From positions 67,964-108,888 of the forward strand of contig CAZZGW010000001.1 in the NCBI GenBank assembly GCA_964653605.1: 40,925 nucleotides of DNA, read 5' to 3'. Origin of the DNA: Candidatus Woesearchaeota archaeon (lineage in GTDB: Archaea; Nanobdellota; Nanobdellia; Pacearchaeales; GW2011-AR1). A program made the translations under genes and the position numbers. Positions 39,432 through 40,925 of this stretch are shown here, one piece after another. The number at the start of each line of letters is the position of its first letter. Positions within the stretch are counted from its first letter, which is position 1. The notes beneath the pieces are model-generated. The model had not been told where the DNA came from, made no database searches, and was given only the letters and a program-made list of their open reading frames with translations.

Positions 39432-40058
39432 TTAATTTATTAAAAATATTAACAAACCTTCAATTATTCCTGCGATTAGCAATAAAGGGAGCACAATTAG
39501 TAAGAAAACTTTGATTGAATTTTTAAGAAAGTTTCTTAGCGATTTCTTAGGATTTTTTTGAAAAGGGAAGGTCCCTAATTTTAGGCCTGTTCCAAGGGCA
39601 ATGATTACTGCTGGAAGTTCAAAGATTCCATGTGGGAGTAGTTTTAAGAGAGAGGAAGCACCTTCTAGGTTAATACTCATAAGGGCCACGAACCCTAAGA
39701 CATACCCATTTATTATGACTGTTATTACGGGGAAAATGCCCAAAACAAAACCGAATATCATTCCCAAGAAGCTTGCTTGGACATTGTTAGCTATTATAAA
39801 TGTTACTAATTCTCTAGAGCCCATTCCTTGCGTTTTATCTAATATTTCTTCAATTAGTTCAAGTATTTGGTTTGAGATAAATTCTGGAGCTGGAACAAAA
39901 TATCCTATTAACGCCATAACTAAGAAAACAATAGCAATTATCCAAATGAATTTCTTAGTTTTTTTTAAGTAATCCCAAGTTTTTACGTATTCTTCTTTTA
40001 AACTAAAATTTTCTTTAGAAGTTTTTTTCACATCTTTTTTCTTTTTTTTGGCTGCCAT
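39432..40058 (-). CDS. SpoIIM-like (DUF95) integral membrane protein
   Basis: Family-typical segments are NNVQASFLGMIFG, INGYVLGF and LLPHGIFELPAVIIALGTGLKLG. Confidence 0.7.
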   Translation of the reverse strand: MAAKKKKKDVKKTSKENFSLKEEYVKTWDYLKKTKKFIWIIAIVFLVMALIGYFVPAPEFISNQILELIEEILDKTQGMGSRELVTFIIANNVQASFLGMIFGFVLGIFPVITVIINGYVLGFVALMSINLEGASSLLKLLPHGIFELPAVIIALGTGLKLGTFPFQKNPKKSLRNFLKNSIKVFLLIVLPLLLIAGIIEGLLIFLIN

Positions 40059-40059
40059 A

Positions 40060-40731
40060 TTAACTAAATCTCTTATTAATGACTTTAATCTTTCTTTTAT
40101 ACTTTTTCTTTAGGTAAAATCCATACCCTAGTCCGACGAGTAATCCTCCAAGGTGTGCCACGTTTCCGATTGGGAGGTTTCCTGCTATTGAAATTATCCA
40201 AAGAACTATTAGCATCCCAGGGGCTGCATATTTGAGTTTTATAGGAATTGGAATAAACATTATGTAAACTTTTAAATCTGGAGTTAAGAACATCATTAAC
40301 CCGATTAATCCGAATAAAGCTCCTGAAGCTCCAACAGCATAGGCGTTTATATCCGCTGGAAAGATGAATGCAGAGAGTACAAAAAGCAATCCTGAAACTA
40401 TTCCTGCTATTAGGTAGAATTTAAGGAATCTTTTCTTCCCAATTATTTTTTCAATTAATGCCCCCACGAAGAATAATGAAAGCATGTTAACGAATAGGTG
40501 AAAAAATCCCGCATGCATAAACATGCTTGTTAGGAAAGTCCAGAGATACATTCCTTGAAGTATATTTGCTGGCTGTATTGCAATTAAATCTATTGTCAAG
40601 ACATTTAATCTGAGCAATATTTCAAAGATAACAAAAAGTAGAACATTGATTGCTATTAAAGCTGTGTTCATGCTAAGGGAATTGAAAATATTTTTTTTCT
40701 TTTTTGGAGGTTCTATTTGGTAAATTGCCAT
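40060..40731 (-). CDS. rhomboid-family intramembrane serine protease
   Basis: Motifs HAGFFHLFVNM (H..H...N), GASGALFGLIG (GxSG) and AHLGGLLVGLG (catalytic His) are present. Confidence 0.9.
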   Translation of the reverse strand: MAIYQIEPPKKKKNIFNSLSMNTALIAINVLLFVIFEILLRLNVLTIDLIAIQPANILQGMYLWTFLTSMFMHAGFFHLFVNMLSLFFVGALIEKIIGKKRFLKFYLIAGIVSGLLFVLSAFIFPADINAYAVGASGALFGLIGLMMFLTPDLKVYIMFIPIPIKLKYAAPGMLIVLWIISIAGNLPIGNVAHLGGLLVGLGYGFYLKKKYKRKIKVINKRFS

Positions 40732-40767
40732 TTTTATGTTAAATAGAATAAGTAATCTGTCTTTAAA

Positions 40768-40925
40768 TTATTTCTTTTTCTTTTTAGGGGGTTTTTTCTT
40801 AACAACTTTCTTTTTAGTCACTTTTTTCTTAGCAGGAGTCTTTTTCTTAACAACTTTCTTTTTAGTCACTTTTTTCTTTTTAGGGGGTTTTTTCTTAACA
40901 ACTTTCTTTTTAGTCACTTTTTTCT
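40768..40925 (-). CDS. 3' end of a CDS running off the window; Lys-rich tandem-repeat C-terminal tail
   Basis: My translation is ...KKVTKKKVVKKKPPKKKKVTKKKVVKKKTPAKKKVTKKKVVKKKPPKKKKK-stop (TAA at 40768-40770). A 48-nt period has copies starting at 40798, 40846 and 40894. Confidence 0.45.
   Translation of the reverse strand, partial: KKVTKKKVVKKKPPKKKKVTKKKVVKKKTPAKKKVTKKKVVKKKPPKKKKK

Noticed and set aside
39247-39435. An alternative 62-aa frame overlaps the small membrane protein ORF.
   Set aside because: It is Cys/Ser/Asn-rich and not protein-like. The 39239 frame gives two clean TM helices.
40791-40925. A regular 48-nt repeat at the window edge was considered as a possible CRISPR-like array.
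   Set aside because: There are no unique spacers because the units are directly adjacent. The period is too long and regular and is in-frame coding (Lys-rich peptide). No cas genes are present.

Overview
This is an AT-rich, very gene-dense archaeal chromosome fragment. The archaeal assignment rests on archaeal/eukaryal-type information-processing genes: aIF2-alpha plus Nop10, ribosomal proteins uS15, uL1, uL10(P0), P1, eS1(S3Ae) and eL42(L44e), SRP54 and FtsY, GatD, archaeal-type ProRS, deoxyhypusine synthase, Bud32, Gins51 and a RecJ/GAN-like DHH protein. Short genes, frequent ATGA stop/start overlaps and TATA boxes 20-28 nt upstream of the ATG (leaderless-looking) give it the look of a small-genome DPANN-type archaeon; that lineage call is inference only. 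I folded four tRNAs by hand: Gln-UUG, Thr-UGU, Val-GAC and Arg-UCG. A decayed tandem copy lies next to tRNA-Val. The clear outlier is an ~11 kb translationally coupled operon at 16825-27861, about 27 percent of the window. It encodes a 44-aa RHH-like ORF (not in the ORF track), then a 609-aa protein with a type IV prepilin-like (class III) signal peptide, then a 3027-aa Sec-secreted giant protein. The giant protein carries G7 tracts near its 5' end, an exact EF-hand loop, a 10-Cys central cluster, three pairs of tandemly duplicated 6-Cys modules and a C-terminal Cys-His-Asp (papain-fold-like) candidate hydrolase domain. A lipobox lipoprotein and a small secreted LysM-like protein converge on it, and a VKOR-type disulfide oxidoreductase lies elsewhere in the window. 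I read this operon as a candidate uncharacterised cell-surface or host-interaction apparatus, which is hypothesis. Other notable items are a bacterial-type DisA diadenylate cyclase coupled to a DHH/DHHA1 protein, an HtrA-like protease frameshifted at a G8 tract, a repeated promoter/leader element shared by rps3ae and tRNA-Val, a Cys-less Nop10, and a Lys-rich 48-nt tandem repeat CDS at the right edge. I saw no rRNA, CRISPR array, transposase or integrase. All calls come from reading the sequence and the translations by eye; no searches were run.
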